From NCBI GenBank assembly GCA_023230125.1, contig JALNXZ010000001.1:1-27052 (forward strand): DNA of 27,052 bases. Direction: 5' to 3'. Under the pieces are notes generated by a model, which worked only from the letters and a program-made list of their open reading frames with translations, made no database searches and was not told the origin of the DNA. A program made the position numbers and the translations under genes. Within the stretch, counting starts at the first letter, position 1, and every line of letters starts with the position of its first letter. Origin of the DNA: Bacteroidales bacterium (GTDB lineage: Bacteria > Bacteroidota > Bacteroidia > Bacteroidales > UBA1402). Shown here in pieces: positions 7,866 to 17,093 of the stretch.

Positions 7866-7873
7866 TATATTTG
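7866..7873 (+). promoter_or_regulatory. -7 promoter element TATATTTG upstream of comEC
   Basis: Exact TAnnTTTG followed by CG, 16 nt before ATG 7890. Confidence 0.65.
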
Positions 7874-7889
7874 CGGTAAAAATTGCCGC

Positions 7890-9482
7890 ATGTTGCTTCG
7901 TTTTGTTCATGTCGTTCCTACATTCAGGTTACTGATACCTTATCTGTTGGGTGCTGTCTTTATCTCAAATCACCTTACATTGGCCTTGAGCCTGCTGCTT
8001 TTTGGCGCATGGGGCCTAATTTTTTTTGCATATATAGAGGATCGGATGACAACCTCCTGGACCGGACGCTGGATGCCTGGTATAAGTATTATTTGTCTAT
8101 GGCTGAGTCTTGGTGCTTTCTCTGCGAGATATGAACGTCAAAAGTCCATCTTTCCATCTGAAGAAAACCAGAATGTTTTTGCGCTGGTGAAAATAAAAAC
8201 CATACCGGTTGAGAAGTCGAAATCCAAACAAGTGCAGGTCTCAGTCATAAGTTCAGCTGACAAAAAATGGAGGGAAAAACATTTGCAGCTTTATTTCACC
8301 AAAGATGAAAAATCCAAATCTCTGGAGGTGGGAGATCGTTTGTTCGTCTGTATGAAGCCACAAAGGCTAAAATCTCCGCAAGATCCGAAAGTTTTTGATT
8401 ATGCTGCCTGGTTGCAGAATAAGGGGATTTGCGCGACCGCTTATATCCCTTCAAATGCCTGGAAGATTCATACCAAAGCGTCATCTTTCAACTTGAGGAC
8501 TTCAGCGGAACGTATGCGAGCTGTGCTTCTGTCACGTTTTAATCATGCCGGAATTTCCGGGGATGAATTCTCACTGGTTTCGGCATTGACTTTAGGCAGT
8601 GTCCATCTTTTAAACTCAGAGACCAAACAACAATTCTCCGTATCAGGGGTTTCACACATTTTATCAGTCAGCGGTCTTCATGTGGCAGTTGTTTATGCGA
8701 TACTGAAATTTTTACTTTCCTTTTGCAACCGATTTGAGAGAATCAGGATTTTTAAGCAAATATTGATGATGTTACTATTGTGGTGTTATGCCTTTATGAC
8801 CGGATTGTCTTCTTCGGTGGTGCGATCGGCACTGATGTTTTCTTTGCTGGCATTTGGAGGATGTCTGCACCGAAAGACACAAACCATCAATACGGTATTG
8901 TTTTCAGCATTTGTATTGTTGCTTTGGAAACCATTTTTGATTTTTGACTTGGGCTTTGAACTGAGCTATTGTGCTGTGATTTCGATTGTTGCCGCGCATG
9001 CACGTCTCACAGGATTGTGGCAGCCATCTTCAAAAATGACAGACTATCTTTGGAAAATGACTTGTCTTTCAGCTGTTGCTCAACTTGGAACAGCACCATT
9101 GACCATTTATTATTTTCATCAGTTCCCCAATTATTTCTTGCTTAACAATCTGGTGGCTGTCCCTGCATCCGGTTTGATCATTTATCTGGCATTTGCTTTC
9201 CTGCTTCTGAGTGATATCCCTTATTTGGGACCTTTTCTGACTTGGTGCCTGAATGGTAGTCTGCACTGGTTCCAATGGTTTGTTAAAACCGCAAGTGAAC
9301 TGCCTTATGCCTTGACACAAGACTTCGAAATCCAAAAAATAGAAGTGCTTATGCTATATGCCTTGATGGGCGCATTTTTTGTCTGGCTTCTACTAAGAAA
9401 GCGGAAGTGGATTTTTGCAGTTCTTTTTTGTATCTTGTTTTTGCAGTTCATTTCTATCAGTCATTATTTTATGGTTCAATAA
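7890..9482 (+). CDS. comEC: ComEC/Rec2-family competence membrane protein, 530 aa (OB-like DUF4131 region plus Competence domain, no C-terminal metallo-beta-lactamase domain)
   Basis: P..FDYAAWL motif, GVSHILSVSGLHVA, GLSSSVVRSALM, DLGFELSY, NNLVAVP; ends after a final TM helix. Confidence 0.9.
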   Translation: MLLRFVHVVPTFRLLIPYLLGAVFISNHLTLALSLLLFGAWGLIFFAYIEDRMTTSWTGRWMPGISIICLWLSLGAFSARYERQKSIFPSEENQNVFALVKIKTIPVEKSKSKQVQVSVISSADKKWREKHLQLYFTKDEKSKSLEVGDRLFVCMKPQRLKSPQDPKVFDYAAWLQNKGICATAYIPSNAWKIHTKASSFNLRTSAERMRAVLLSRFNHAGISGDEFSLVSALTLGSVHLLNSETKQQFSVSGVSHILSVSGLHVAVVYAILKFLLSFCNRFERIRIFKQILMMLLLWCYAFMTGLSSSVVRSALMFSLLAFGGCLHRKTQTINTVLFSAFVLLLWKPFLIFDLGFELSYCAVISIVAAHARLTGLWQPSSKMTDYLWKMTCLSAVAQLGTAPLTIYYFHQFPNYFLLNNLVAVPASGLIIYLAFAFLLLSDIPYLGPFLTWCLNGSLHWFQWFVKTASELPYALTQDFEIQKIEVLMLYALMGAFFVWLLLRKRKWIFAVLFCILFLQFISISHYFMVQ

Positions 9483-9492
9483 AGTGAATGCC

Positions 9493-9523
9493 TTTGTGTA
9501 ATCTTTGCAAATTCGTACATTTG
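9493..9523 (+). promoter_or_regulatory. Bacteroidetes primary-sigma promoter (-33 TTTG 9493-9496, 19-nt spacer, -7 TACATTTG 9516-9523)
   Basis: Both elements match consensus with canonical spacing, 12 nt before ATG 9536. Confidence 0.75.
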
Positions 9524-9535
9524 CAAAAAAAATCA

Positions 9536-10552
9536 ATGATTACCAAAATTATTGCGGAAGATTTGATTCTGCGTGCCAAAAATTTGCTCCATCATTCTGA
9601 CGATGTGGTTATAGTATCTCATCAAGGACCTGATGGCGATGCACTTGGCTCAAGCCTCGCAATGGCAGATTTTCTGACCCAACAGGGGAAAAATGTTCAA
9701 GTGATGTATCCTGATTCTTTCCCTGGTTTTTTGGACTGGATGCCTGGTGCAAACAACGCTTTGGTGTATGAAAAAGACCCGGAAGCTTGCGAGTCTTTCC
9801 TTTGTAAAGCCGACATAATCGTATGCTTGGATTTTAATCAGCTGAAACGTATAGGTTCATTGGGTAAAAAAATTGAACAATCAAAGGCTAAGAAACTGGT
9901 ATTCGACCATCATCCTGGTCCCGATCAGTTTGCCGATGTACAGATTTCATATCCTCAGTTTGCCTCGACGAGTGAAATCGTGTTCCGTTATATTTGTCGT
10001 TCCGGTTGTTTTGACGAAATGACTTTGGCATGTGCCGAGTGTGTTTATACCGGTATGATGACAGATACTGGTGCCTTTACCTATAATTCCAACAATGAGG
10101 AAATGTACTTCATCATTTCTCAGCTTATCCGAAAAGGAATTGACAAGGATGATATATACAACAAAGTCTTCAATAACTATTCTGCAGACCGGATGAGTCT
10201 GATGGGGTTTGTTCTGAATCACGGAATGAAAGTCATGCCTGAATATCACACCGCTGTTATGTCACTGTCTCTGCAAGATTTGAAGGATTATAATTATCAA
10301 GTAGGAGATACGGAGGGTTTTGTCAATTTGCCGCTCAGCATTGACGGTATTTTCTTTTCCGTTTTTTTCAGAGAAGATACGAAGAAAATCAAAATTTCTT
10401 TTCGTTCACGTGGCACATTCCCGACCAATAGGATAGCTTCAGATCTTTTTGGAGGAGGTGGTCATCTGAATGCATCAGGCGGAGAATTTTATGGGTCAAT
10501 GGAAGATGCTTTGCGGTTATTGGAGGATTCGTTGCCAAAATACATTTTTTAA
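9536..10552 (+). CDS. nrnA: DHH/DHHA1 phosphoesterase, NrnA-like (nanoRNase / pAp phosphatase), 338 aa
   Basis: SHQGPDGDALGS, CLDFN, FDHHP, TDTGAF, ISFRS, GGGGHLNASG. Start moved from 9488 to ATG 9536 because the promoter lies within the extension. Confidence 0.88.
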   Translation: MITKIIAEDLILRAKNLLHHSDDVVIVSHQGPDGDALGSSLAMADFLTQQGKNVQVMYPDSFPGFLDWMPGANNALVYEKDPEACESFLCKADIIVCLDFNQLKRIGSLGKKIEQSKAKKLVFDHHPGPDQFADVQISYPQFASTSEIVFRYICRSGCFDEMTLACAECVYTGMMTDTGAFTYNSNNEEMYFIISQLIRKGIDKDDIYNKVFNNYSADRMSLMGFVLNHGMKVMPEYHTAVMSLSLQDLKDYNYQVGDTEGFVNLPLSIDGIFFSVFFREDTKKIKISFRSRGTFPTNRIASDLFGGGGHLNASGGEFYGSMEDALRLLEDSLPKYIF

Positions 10553-10605
10553 ATGCGTTTACCCACAAATTATGTTAACTGTTCGACTGAAATGATGGAA
10601 TTAAT

Positions 10606-10613
10606 TATCTTTG
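10606..10613 (+). promoter_or_regulatory. -7 promoter element TATCTTTG upstream of the DUF4827 gene
   Basis: Exact TAnnTTTG, with TTCG (near TTTG) at 10582-10585, 20 nt upstream. Confidence 0.65.
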
Positions 10614-10654
10614 TAGAGTGAAAATGAAACTATCTGAAAAAGATTAATTTTTAT

Positions 10655-11200
10655 ATGAAACAACGATTCTATATTTTTGCTCTGTTTGCGATTCTATCCG
10701 GTACGCTCTATTCTTGTAGTGATACAGAAACTTATGCAGAACAATTGGCTGCAGAAAAAGCCAGTATCAGTGCTTTTATGAAATCACGCGGTTATACGGT
10801 TACATCAACTATTCCTAAAGATGTTCCCTGGTCTGACGGCATTTTTTATAAAACGGAAAGTGGGTTATATATTCATGTCATTGATACCGGCACGTATTTC
10901 ATTGATACCATTCCAAAAAATAGACCTATCTGTGTCAGATATCTTGAAATTAATATGGACGAAGACACCACATATTCCAACATGTATTCTTCGATTCCCC
11001 CGATGGATATCAATTACAACAATGTTTGTTCTTCTACGACTTACGGAGATTGTTTGGCTTGGCATGAAGCTTTAGATTATGTAGGAAACAACGGTCATGT
11101 TTTCATCATCGCTCCGGCTAATATAGGAATGTCTTATTATACCAATACTTCTGCTTTGACCGCCTGTTTCTATGAGTTGAGGTTTAAGTTTAGGGAATAA
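10655..11200 (+). CDS. DUF4827-like lipoprotein, 181 aa
   Basis: Signal peptide II (MKQRFYIFALFAILSGTLYS-C21), then SDTETYAEQLAAEK, FYKTESGLYIHVID and G.V.IIAP patterns I associate with DUF4827; position between nrnA and glmM fits recalled Bacteroidales synteny. Confidence 0.75.
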   Translation: MKQRFYIFALFAILSGTLYSCSDTETYAEQLAAEKASISAFMKSRGYTVTSTIPKDVPWSDGIFYKTESGLYIHVIDTGTYFIDTIPKNRPICVRYLEINMDEDTTYSNMYSSIPPMDINYNNVCSSTTYGDCLAWHEALDYVGNNGHVFIIAPANIGMSYYTNTSALTACFYELRFKFRE

Positions 11201-11238
11201 ATCTACCATGTTTTGTCGTTCTTCAAATTAATTTAAAA

Positions 11239-12624
11239 ATGAGTCTAATTAAGTCCATTTCCGGAATCCGTGGCACCATTGGCGGAAAAGCAGGAGAGGG
11301 TTTGAACCCTCTTGATATTGTAAAGTTTACAGCCTCCTATTCACACTGGGTACGCTTGAATTCGACCAAGAAATCCAATAAAGTGGTGGTTGGAAGAGAT
11401 GCCCGTATTTCAGGGGACATGGTTTTTCAGATTGTTTCTGGAACCTTGATGGGGATGGGTTTTGATGTAATCAATATCGGACTGGCATCCACTCCAACAA
11501 CAGAATTGGCAGTAACCATGTCAGGCGCAGACGGTGGACTTATTTTGACAGCCAGTCACAACCCCAAACATTGGAATGCCTTGAAGTTGCTCAATGAAAA
11601 CGGAGAGTTTCTCAGTGCAGCAGAAGGTAATTTTGTATTGAAAACAGCTGAAGTTGACGATTTCACTTTTTCTCCGGTAGATGAACTTGGTCATTTATAT
11701 GAAGATTTTTCTTTTGGTCAAAAACATATTGATGCAGTACTGGCTTTGAAACTCGTTGATGTTGAAGCAATCAGAAAAGCAAATTTTAAGGTTGTCATTG
11801 ATACGGTCAACTCGGTAGGCGGAATCATTCTTCCTCCATTGTTGAAGGCTTTGGGCGTTGAAAATGTGATAGGGTTGAACAGTACGCCGAACGGACAGTT
11901 TGCACACAATCCGGAGCCCGTACCTCAAAATTTGACTGAAATAGCTTCCCGTATGAAAACGGAAAAAGCAGATGTAGGTTTTGTGGTTGATCCTGACGTG
12001 GATCGTTTGGCCATTATTTGTGAGGACGGTGAAATGTTTGGTGAAGAATATACTTTGGTTTCCGTCGCTGACTATGTTTTATCTCATACACCTGGCAACA
12101 CGGTATCCAATCTCAGTTCAACAAGAGCTTTGCGGGATGTGACCAGGGCACATGGCGGAAATTATTCGCCGGCTGCTGTTGGTGAAGTCAATGTTGTGAC
12201 AAAGATGAAGGATACCAATGCCATCATCGGTGGAGAAGGAAATGGCGGGGTCATTTATCCGGAAAGTCACAATGGACGCGATGCCTTGGTTGGTATTGCG
12301 CTTTTCTTGTCTCATCTGGCACACAGCAAGAAATCCGTCTCTGAACTGAAGGCTACTTATCCTACATATTATATCGACAAACAGAAAATTGAACTTACTC
12401 CGCAAATTGATGTGGATGCCATTCTTGCTGCTGTTAAGTTGCGCTATGCCAAGGAAGAAGTAAATGACATAGATGGTGTTAAGATTGATTTTCCTGAAAA
12501 ATGGGTGCACCTGCGTAAATCTAACACAGAGCCGATTATCCGTATATATTCCGAAGCTGAGACCAAGGAAGAGGCTGAGAAACTTTCTTCAAAAATTAAA
12601 GAAGTGATTACTTCATTGGTATAA
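11239..12624 (+). CDS. glmM: Phosphoglucosamine mutase / phosphohexomutase
   Basis: GIRG, GRDAR, phosphoserine loop TASHNP, metal loop DPDVDR, GGEGNGG, LRKSNTEPIIRIYSEA. Confidence 0.85.
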   Translation: MSLIKSISGIRGTIGGKAGEGLNPLDIVKFTASYSHWVRLNSTKKSNKVVVGRDARISGDMVFQIVSGTLMGMGFDVINIGLASTPTTELAVTMSGADGGLILTASHNPKHWNALKLLNENGEFLSAAEGNFVLKTAEVDDFTFSPVDELGHLYEDFSFGQKHIDAVLALKLVDVEAIRKANFKVVIDTVNSVGGIILPPLLKALGVENVIGLNSTPNGQFAHNPEPVPQNLTEIASRMKTEKADVGFVVDPDVDRLAIICEDGEMFGEEYTLVSVADYVLSHTPGNTVSNLSSTRALRDVTRAHGGNYSPAAVGEVNVVTKMKDTNAIIGGEGNGGVIYPESHNGRDALVGIALFLSHLAHSKKSVSELKATYPTYYIDKQKIELTPQIDVDAILAAVKLRYAKEEVNDIDGVKIDFPEKWVHLRKSNTEPIIRIYSEAETKEEAEKLSSKIKEVITSLV

Positions 12625-12640
12625 GATTATCAAGAAATAT

Positions 12641-12673
12641 AAATGGCGTTGATTGAGAAATCAGCGCCATTTT
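12641..12673. terminator. Bidirectional intrinsic terminator between convergent glmM and scpA
   Basis: 14-bp stem AAATGGCGTTGATT / AATCAGCGCCATTT (one G-U) with GAGA loop; T-rich tails on both strands. Confidence 0.8.
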
Positions 12674-12686
12674 CATTAAAGCCTTT

Positions 12687-12730
12687 TTAATTGAACAGGC
12701 TGTCCATTTTGAGAGAGCCTGTTCAATTAA
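12687..12730. repeat. Perfect 15-bp inverted repeat with 14-nt spacer (second hairpin; REP-like or scpA 3' structure)
   Basis: TTAATTGAACAGGCT (12687-12701) and AGCCTGTTCAATTAA (12716-12730) are exact reverse complements. Confidence 0.85.
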
Positions 12731-12750
12731 TTTATTTAAAGAAATTTATT

Positions 12751-14898
12751 TTATTCTTCCAATAAAATCTCCATAATGGTACATGCTGCTTTGGCGACGG
12801 AAGTGCCGGGACCAAAGATACCGGCAACACCTGCTTGATACAGAAAGTCGTAGTCCTGAGCCGGAATGACACCACCGGCAATGACAACGATGTCTTCACG
12901 ACCCAGTTTTTTCAATTCTTCCATCACTTGCGGAATCAAGGTTTTGTGACCTGCAGCCAATGACGATACGCCAAGAACGTTGACGTCGTTTTCAACGGCT
13001 TGTTTGGCGGATTCGGCAGGGGTTTGGAACAAGGGCCCCATATCCACGTCGAAACCGCAGTCTGCATAACCTGTTGCTACCACTTTGGCACCACGGTCGT
13101 GACCGTCCTGGCCCATTTTTGCAATCATGATACGAGGTTGACGGCCTTCTTTTTTGGCAAACTTTTCAACCAGCGAGCAGGCTTTCTGAAAGTCTGCATC
13201 GTTCTTTGTTTCTGATGAATACACGCCTGATATGGTTCTAATGGTTGCTTTATATCGTCCGACAATCTTTTCGCAGGCATCGGATATTTCACCGAGACTG
13301 GCACGAACATGGGCGGCTTCAACCGCCAGTTCAAGCAAGTTGCCTTGTTTGGTCTCCACACATTTGGTGATGGCTGCCAAAGCTTTTTGTACGTCGGCTT
13401 CGTTGCGGTTTGCTCTGAGCTCTTTCAAGCGCTCTACTTGTTGAACGCGAACAGCTGTATTGTCGATTTCGAGGATGTCGATGGGGGCTTCCTTTTCCAG
13501 ACGGTAGCGGTTTACACCGACGATGGTCTGGTTACCCGAATCAATGCGAGCCTGTGTACGAGCTGCAGCCTCTTCTATACGCATCTTTGGAATACCGGTT
13601 TCGATGGCTTTGGCCATACCGCCCAACTTTTCGATTTCTTCAATCAGGGCCCAAGCTTTTTCTGCCAGTTCTTTGGTCAGTGATTCAACATAGTAGGAAC
13701 CGGCCCAAGGGTCAACTTCGCGACAGATGTTGGTTTCTTCTTGAATATAAATCTGGGTATTGCGTGCGATACGTGCCGAAAAATCGGTAGGCAAGGCGAT
13801 GGCTTCGTCCAGTGCATTGGTGTGCAATGATTGGGTATGACCCAATGCTGCAGCCATGGCTTCGATGCAGGTACGGCCAATGTTGTTGTAAGGATCCTGT
13901 TCGGTCAGAGACCAACCTGAAGTTTGGCAGTGTGTACGCAATGCCAGAGATTTTGGGTTTTTGGGATTGAAAGTCTTGACAATTTTGGCCCACAGCATAC
14001 GTGCCGCACGCATTTTGGCGATTTCCATATAGTGGTTGGTGCCGATGGCCCAAAAGAAGGAAAGACGGGGAGCAAAAGCATCGATATCCATGCCTGCATT
14101 TACACCTGCACGAAGGTATTCAAAGCCGTCAGCCAGGGTATAAGCCAACTCAATGTCAGCAGTTGCACCGGCTTCCTGCATGTGGTAGCCTGAAATGGAG
14201 ATGGAATTGAACTTAGGCATCTTTTTGGCCGTATATTCAAAGATATCGGCGATGATTTTCATAGAAAAATCCGGCGGGTATATATAAGTGTTACGCACCA
14301 TAAATTCTTTCAGAATGTCATTTTGGATGGTTCCGGCCATTTCTTCGAGTTTGGCACCTTGTTCCAGTCCTGCGTTGATGTAAAAGGCAAGGATGGGAAG
14401 AACCGCACCATTCATGGTCATGGAAACGGACATCTTGTTCAATGGAATTCCGTCGAACAAGACTTTCATGTCTTCAACTGAGCAGATGGATACACCTGCT
14501 TTGCCGACGTCACCAACAACGCGTTCATGATCTGCATCATAACCACGATGAGTTGGCAGGTCAAAAGCCACTGAAAGTCCTTTTTGTCCGGATGCCAGGT
14601 TGCGACGGTAGAAAGCATTGGATTCCTCAGCGGTGGAAAATCCGGCATATTGACGGACTGTCCATGGGCGCATGGCATACATGACACTGTACGGCCCACG
14701 TAAATAAGGTGCAATACCGGCAGCGTAATTCAGCTGTTCCATCCCTTCTAGGTCGGCTTTGGTATAAACTGGTTTCACGTCAATCAGTTCAGGCGTTTTC
14801 CAGTCTTTTTCAATGCCGTTTGCTTTTCCCCAGGTTTTGGGGTCTGTAGCAGCAATGCCGGCGTTTTTGATATCTATATTTTTGAAATCTGGTTTCAT
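12751..14898 (-). CDS. scpA: Methylmalonyl-CoA mutase, large catalytic B12-binding subunit (MutB/ScpA), 715 aa
   Basis: RQYAGF (Tyr specifying methylmalonyl-CoA), [25 protein letters not shown], and the B12 DxHxxG motif QDGHDRG. Confidence 0.98.
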   Translation of the reverse strand: MKPDFKNIDIKNAGIAATDPKTWGKANGIEKDWKTPELIDVKPVYTKADLEGMEQLNYAAGIAPYLRGPYSVMYAMRPWTVRQYAGFSTAEESNAFYRRNLASGQKGLSVAFDLPTHRGYDADHERVVGDVGKAGVSICSVEDMKVLFDGIPLNKMSVSMTMNGAVLPILAFYINAGLEQGAKLEEMAGTIQNDILKEFMVRNTYIYPPDFSMKIIADIFEYTAKKMPKFNSISISGYHMQEAGATADIELAYTLADGFEYLRAGVNAGMDIDAFAPRLSFFWAIGTNHYMEIAKMRAARMLWAKIVKTFNPKNPKSLALRTHCQTSGWSLTEQDPYNNIGRTCIEAMAAALGHTQSLHTNALDEAIALPTDFSARIARNTQIYIQEETNICREVDPWAGSYYVESLTKELAEKAWALIEEIEKLGGMAKAIETGIPKMRIEEAAARTQARIDSGNQTIVGVNRYRLEKEAPIDILEIDNTAVRVQQVERLKELRANRNEADVQKALAAITKCVETKQGNLLELAVEAAHVRASLGEISDACEKIVGRYKATIRTISGVYSSETKNDADFQKACSLVEKFAKKEGRQPRIMIAKMGQDGHDRGAKVVATGYADCGFDVDMGPLFQTPAESAKQAVENDVNVLGVSSLAAGHKTLIPQVMEELKKLGREDIVVIAGGVIPAQDYDFLYQAGVAGIFGPGTSVAKAACTIMEILLEE

Positions 14899-14996
14899 GT
14901 GTATCTATTTTTTATAAGAGGTCATATAAAACATGCATGTCATTTTCATCCTCTTTTTCGGATTGTTTTGTGTATACTCGTTTCGTGACTTTTATC

Positions 14997-16865
14997 TTAA
15001 TTGATTCCTAATTGCTTGTTGAATCCTTGCAATGTTTCCAGGACATTGGTACGGATATTGACAAAGTTGTTGATACCTATCGCCTTAAGGTCTTCTGTGC
15101 ATTCGGGTGCTCCGGCAACAACAAAAAGTTCTTTGCCACCGCCAATGGTAGCAAATGTTTTTGGAGCCAATGCTGCATATTCCTCATCACTGGAACAAAT
15201 TACAATGATATCGGCTTTGGATTTTCGAGCTGCAGCAACACCTTCTTCAGGGGTTTCAAATCCGAGATTGTCAATAATTTCATATCCGGCACAAGCAAAA
15301 AAGTTGCTGGAGAACTGGGCACGCGCCAATCTCATGCTCAACTTTCCGATGGTCAGCATGAACACTTTCGGACGTTTTCCGGATTTTTCCGTAGCTAAAC
15401 GCAATGTATCGAAGGCAGAACTTCCACGCTCGAATTTCAGTGTGGCTAGACTGCCTTTTTCTGTGCAGCAGCAAGTGCAGTCTTTTTTGCCTTCTTCCAC
15501 TTTTTCTAAAGCTTGCTCGTTGAAGTTTGGGTACTGGTTGGTCCCAAGAAGAATTTCACGGCGGCAGGAAATTGCAGCTAGACGTTTTTCATTGGAGGCG
15601 TTGACTTCAGTCTGGATGAAACCTTCTTTTAGTGCAGCATAGAATCCGCCTTTTTCATTGACGGTCAGGAAAATTTTCCATGCTTGATCAGCAATGGAAG
15701 CAGTCAGGTTTTCAATATAATAGGAACCGGCAGAAGCGTCAACCACTTTGTCGAAGTGGGCTTCTTCCTTGAGTAATAATTGTTGGTTTCTAGCAATTCT
15801 TTCCGAAAAATTGTCTGCAGACTTATAGGCGTTATCAAACGGTGTAACAGAGATGGAATCAACACCGGCGATGGATGCGGACATGGTTTCGGTTTGGCTG
15901 CGCAGCAGGTTCATATAGGCATCATATACTGTTTGATTCCATTCTGAAGTTTTGGCGTGAACATCCATTTTGCAGGCGCACTTGCAATCACTTTCGGACA
16001 AATAGGCATTCACAATCTGTGACCACAACAGGCGACCTGCTCTAAATTTGGCGATTTCCATAAAGTAGTTGGAACCGATGCCAAAGTTGAATTTCACCTT
16101 TTTGGCTACAGCCTTAGCGGGCAATCCGGCTTCTGTGCCAAGGGTGAGATATTCATTACCGTAAGCAAGACCGAATCCAAGTTCTTGTGCACAATAGGCA
16201 CCTGCATTGTTGAACAGGTAAGGGTTGGCACCAAAGACTTTCAGATTTTTCAATTCTGCCGCAGCTTCGAAAATTTCTTTCATAACAGCCTTGATGTCGA
16301 TGTCGATGTCGAAACCTTTGGTCATCATGCGCTTGAACGGGTCAAAATTGATAGATCCTTTGATTTTATCAGGATTAATTTTTGCTGCTTTAACATAATC
16401 AACCAAGAGTTTGGTGATTTTTGCTGCTTCTGTAAAACAAATGCGGAAATTTATTTCTATGCAATCCAGTTGGATGCCGTTGAACAATGTCTCCATGGAT
16501 TTTGCGTCGAAATGCTTTCCGGAAAAAGCAAAGCATAACGAAGTTATTCCTTTTTCCAATACTTCCAATGCTTTTTCATTGGCTTTTTGTGGGGTTGTTA
16601 CCTCGATGTCCTGACGAACATACCAGTTGTTGTTTGTCTTAGTTCCGCGAACGAAAGGAAATTCGCCCGGAAGTGAATCCGTCGTTTTCATTCCCTCTAT
16701 ATCTTCCGAACGATAGAAGGGTCTTACATTAAAACCTTCGTTCGTTTTCCATACAAGTTTCTTTTCAAAATCTGCTCCTTTCAAGTCAATGGTGACTTTT
16801 TCCATCCACTCCTTGGTGGAAACCGGAGGAAATTCCGAAAACAACTTTTCTTTGCTATCTGCCAT
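14997..16865 (-). CDS. mutA: Methylmalonyl-CoA mutase, small non-catalytic subunit, 622 aa
   Basis: LFSEFPPVSTKEW, GEFPFVRG, YFMEIAKFRAGR, NLLRSQTE, RIARNQQLLLKEE, GSYYIE; C-terminal B12-like domain lacks the DxHxxG His; directly upstream of scpA. Confidence 0.95.
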   Translation of the reverse strand: MADSKEKLFSEFPPVSTKEWMEKVTIDLKGADFEKKLVWKTNEGFNVRPFYRSEDIEGMKTTDSLPGEFPFVRGTKTNNNWYVRQDIEVTTPQKANEKALEVLEKGITSLCFAFSGKHFDAKSMETLFNGIQLDCIEINFRICFTEAAKITKLLVDYVKAAKINPDKIKGSINFDPFKRMMTKGFDIDIDIKAVMKEIFEAAAELKNLKVFGANPYLFNNAGAYCAQELGFGLAYGNEYLTLGTEAGLPAKAVAKKVKFNFGIGSNYFMEIAKFRAGRLLWSQIVNAYLSESDCKCACKMDVHAKTSEWNQTVYDAYMNLLRSQTETMSASIAGVDSISVTPFDNAYKSADNFSERIARNQQLLLKEEAHFDKVVDASAGSYYIENLTASIADQAWKIFLTVNEKGGFYAALKEGFIQTEVNASNEKRLAAISCRREILLGTNQYPNFNEQALEKVEEGKKDCTCCCTEKGSLATLKFERGSSAFDTLRLATEKSGKRPKVFMLTIGKLSMRLARAQFSSNFFACAGYEIIDNLGFETPEEGVAAARKSKADIIVICSSDEEYAALAPKTFATIGGGKELFVVAGAPECTEDLKAIGINNFVNIRTNVLETLQGFNKQLGIN

Positions 16866-16922
16866 CGTTTAATAATAATAAGTTGATATGTGTTGATTGA
16901 AATCTTTAATTTAAAAAGCGGA

Positions 16923-16930
16923 CAAATTTA
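16923..16930 (-). promoter_or_regulatory. -7 promoter element TAAATTTG for mutA-scpA
   Basis: Forward CAAATTTA equals minus-strand TAnnTTTG, 57 nt upstream of the mutA ATG. Confidence 0.65.
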
Positions 16931-16983
16931 CCCTTTTTATTCAAAACTAAAAAGCTTTCAGGGATGTATATTGCCTAAATTGT

Positions 16984-17010
16984 GATGGTTAAAAATATAT
17001 TTTAACCATC
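16984..17010. repeat. Perfect 11-bp inverted repeat GATGGTTAAAA-ATATA-TTTTAACCATC
   Basis: Read directly in the miaA-mutA spacer; function unassigned. Confidence 0.85.
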
Positions 17011-17093
17011 CAAACCCGGGGTTGTAAAAAGTATGTTTTGCAAATGCAAAGTAGTTGTGAAATTCGACAAGTGTCGTCATATTCCAACTCAAA

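Noticed and set aside
15001-15642. Long antisense ORFs (213 aa here; also 21263-21865, 19693-20145, 18764-19210, 2485-2937 and others in the track)
   Set aside because: All lie within well-supported genes on the opposite strand or in another frame, with no recognisable motif; typical shadow ORFs.
16293-16310. (GATGTC)x3 tandem repeat in mutA encoding DIDIDI
   Set aside because: In-frame 6-bp unit with three copies; slippage could not phase-vary the gene.
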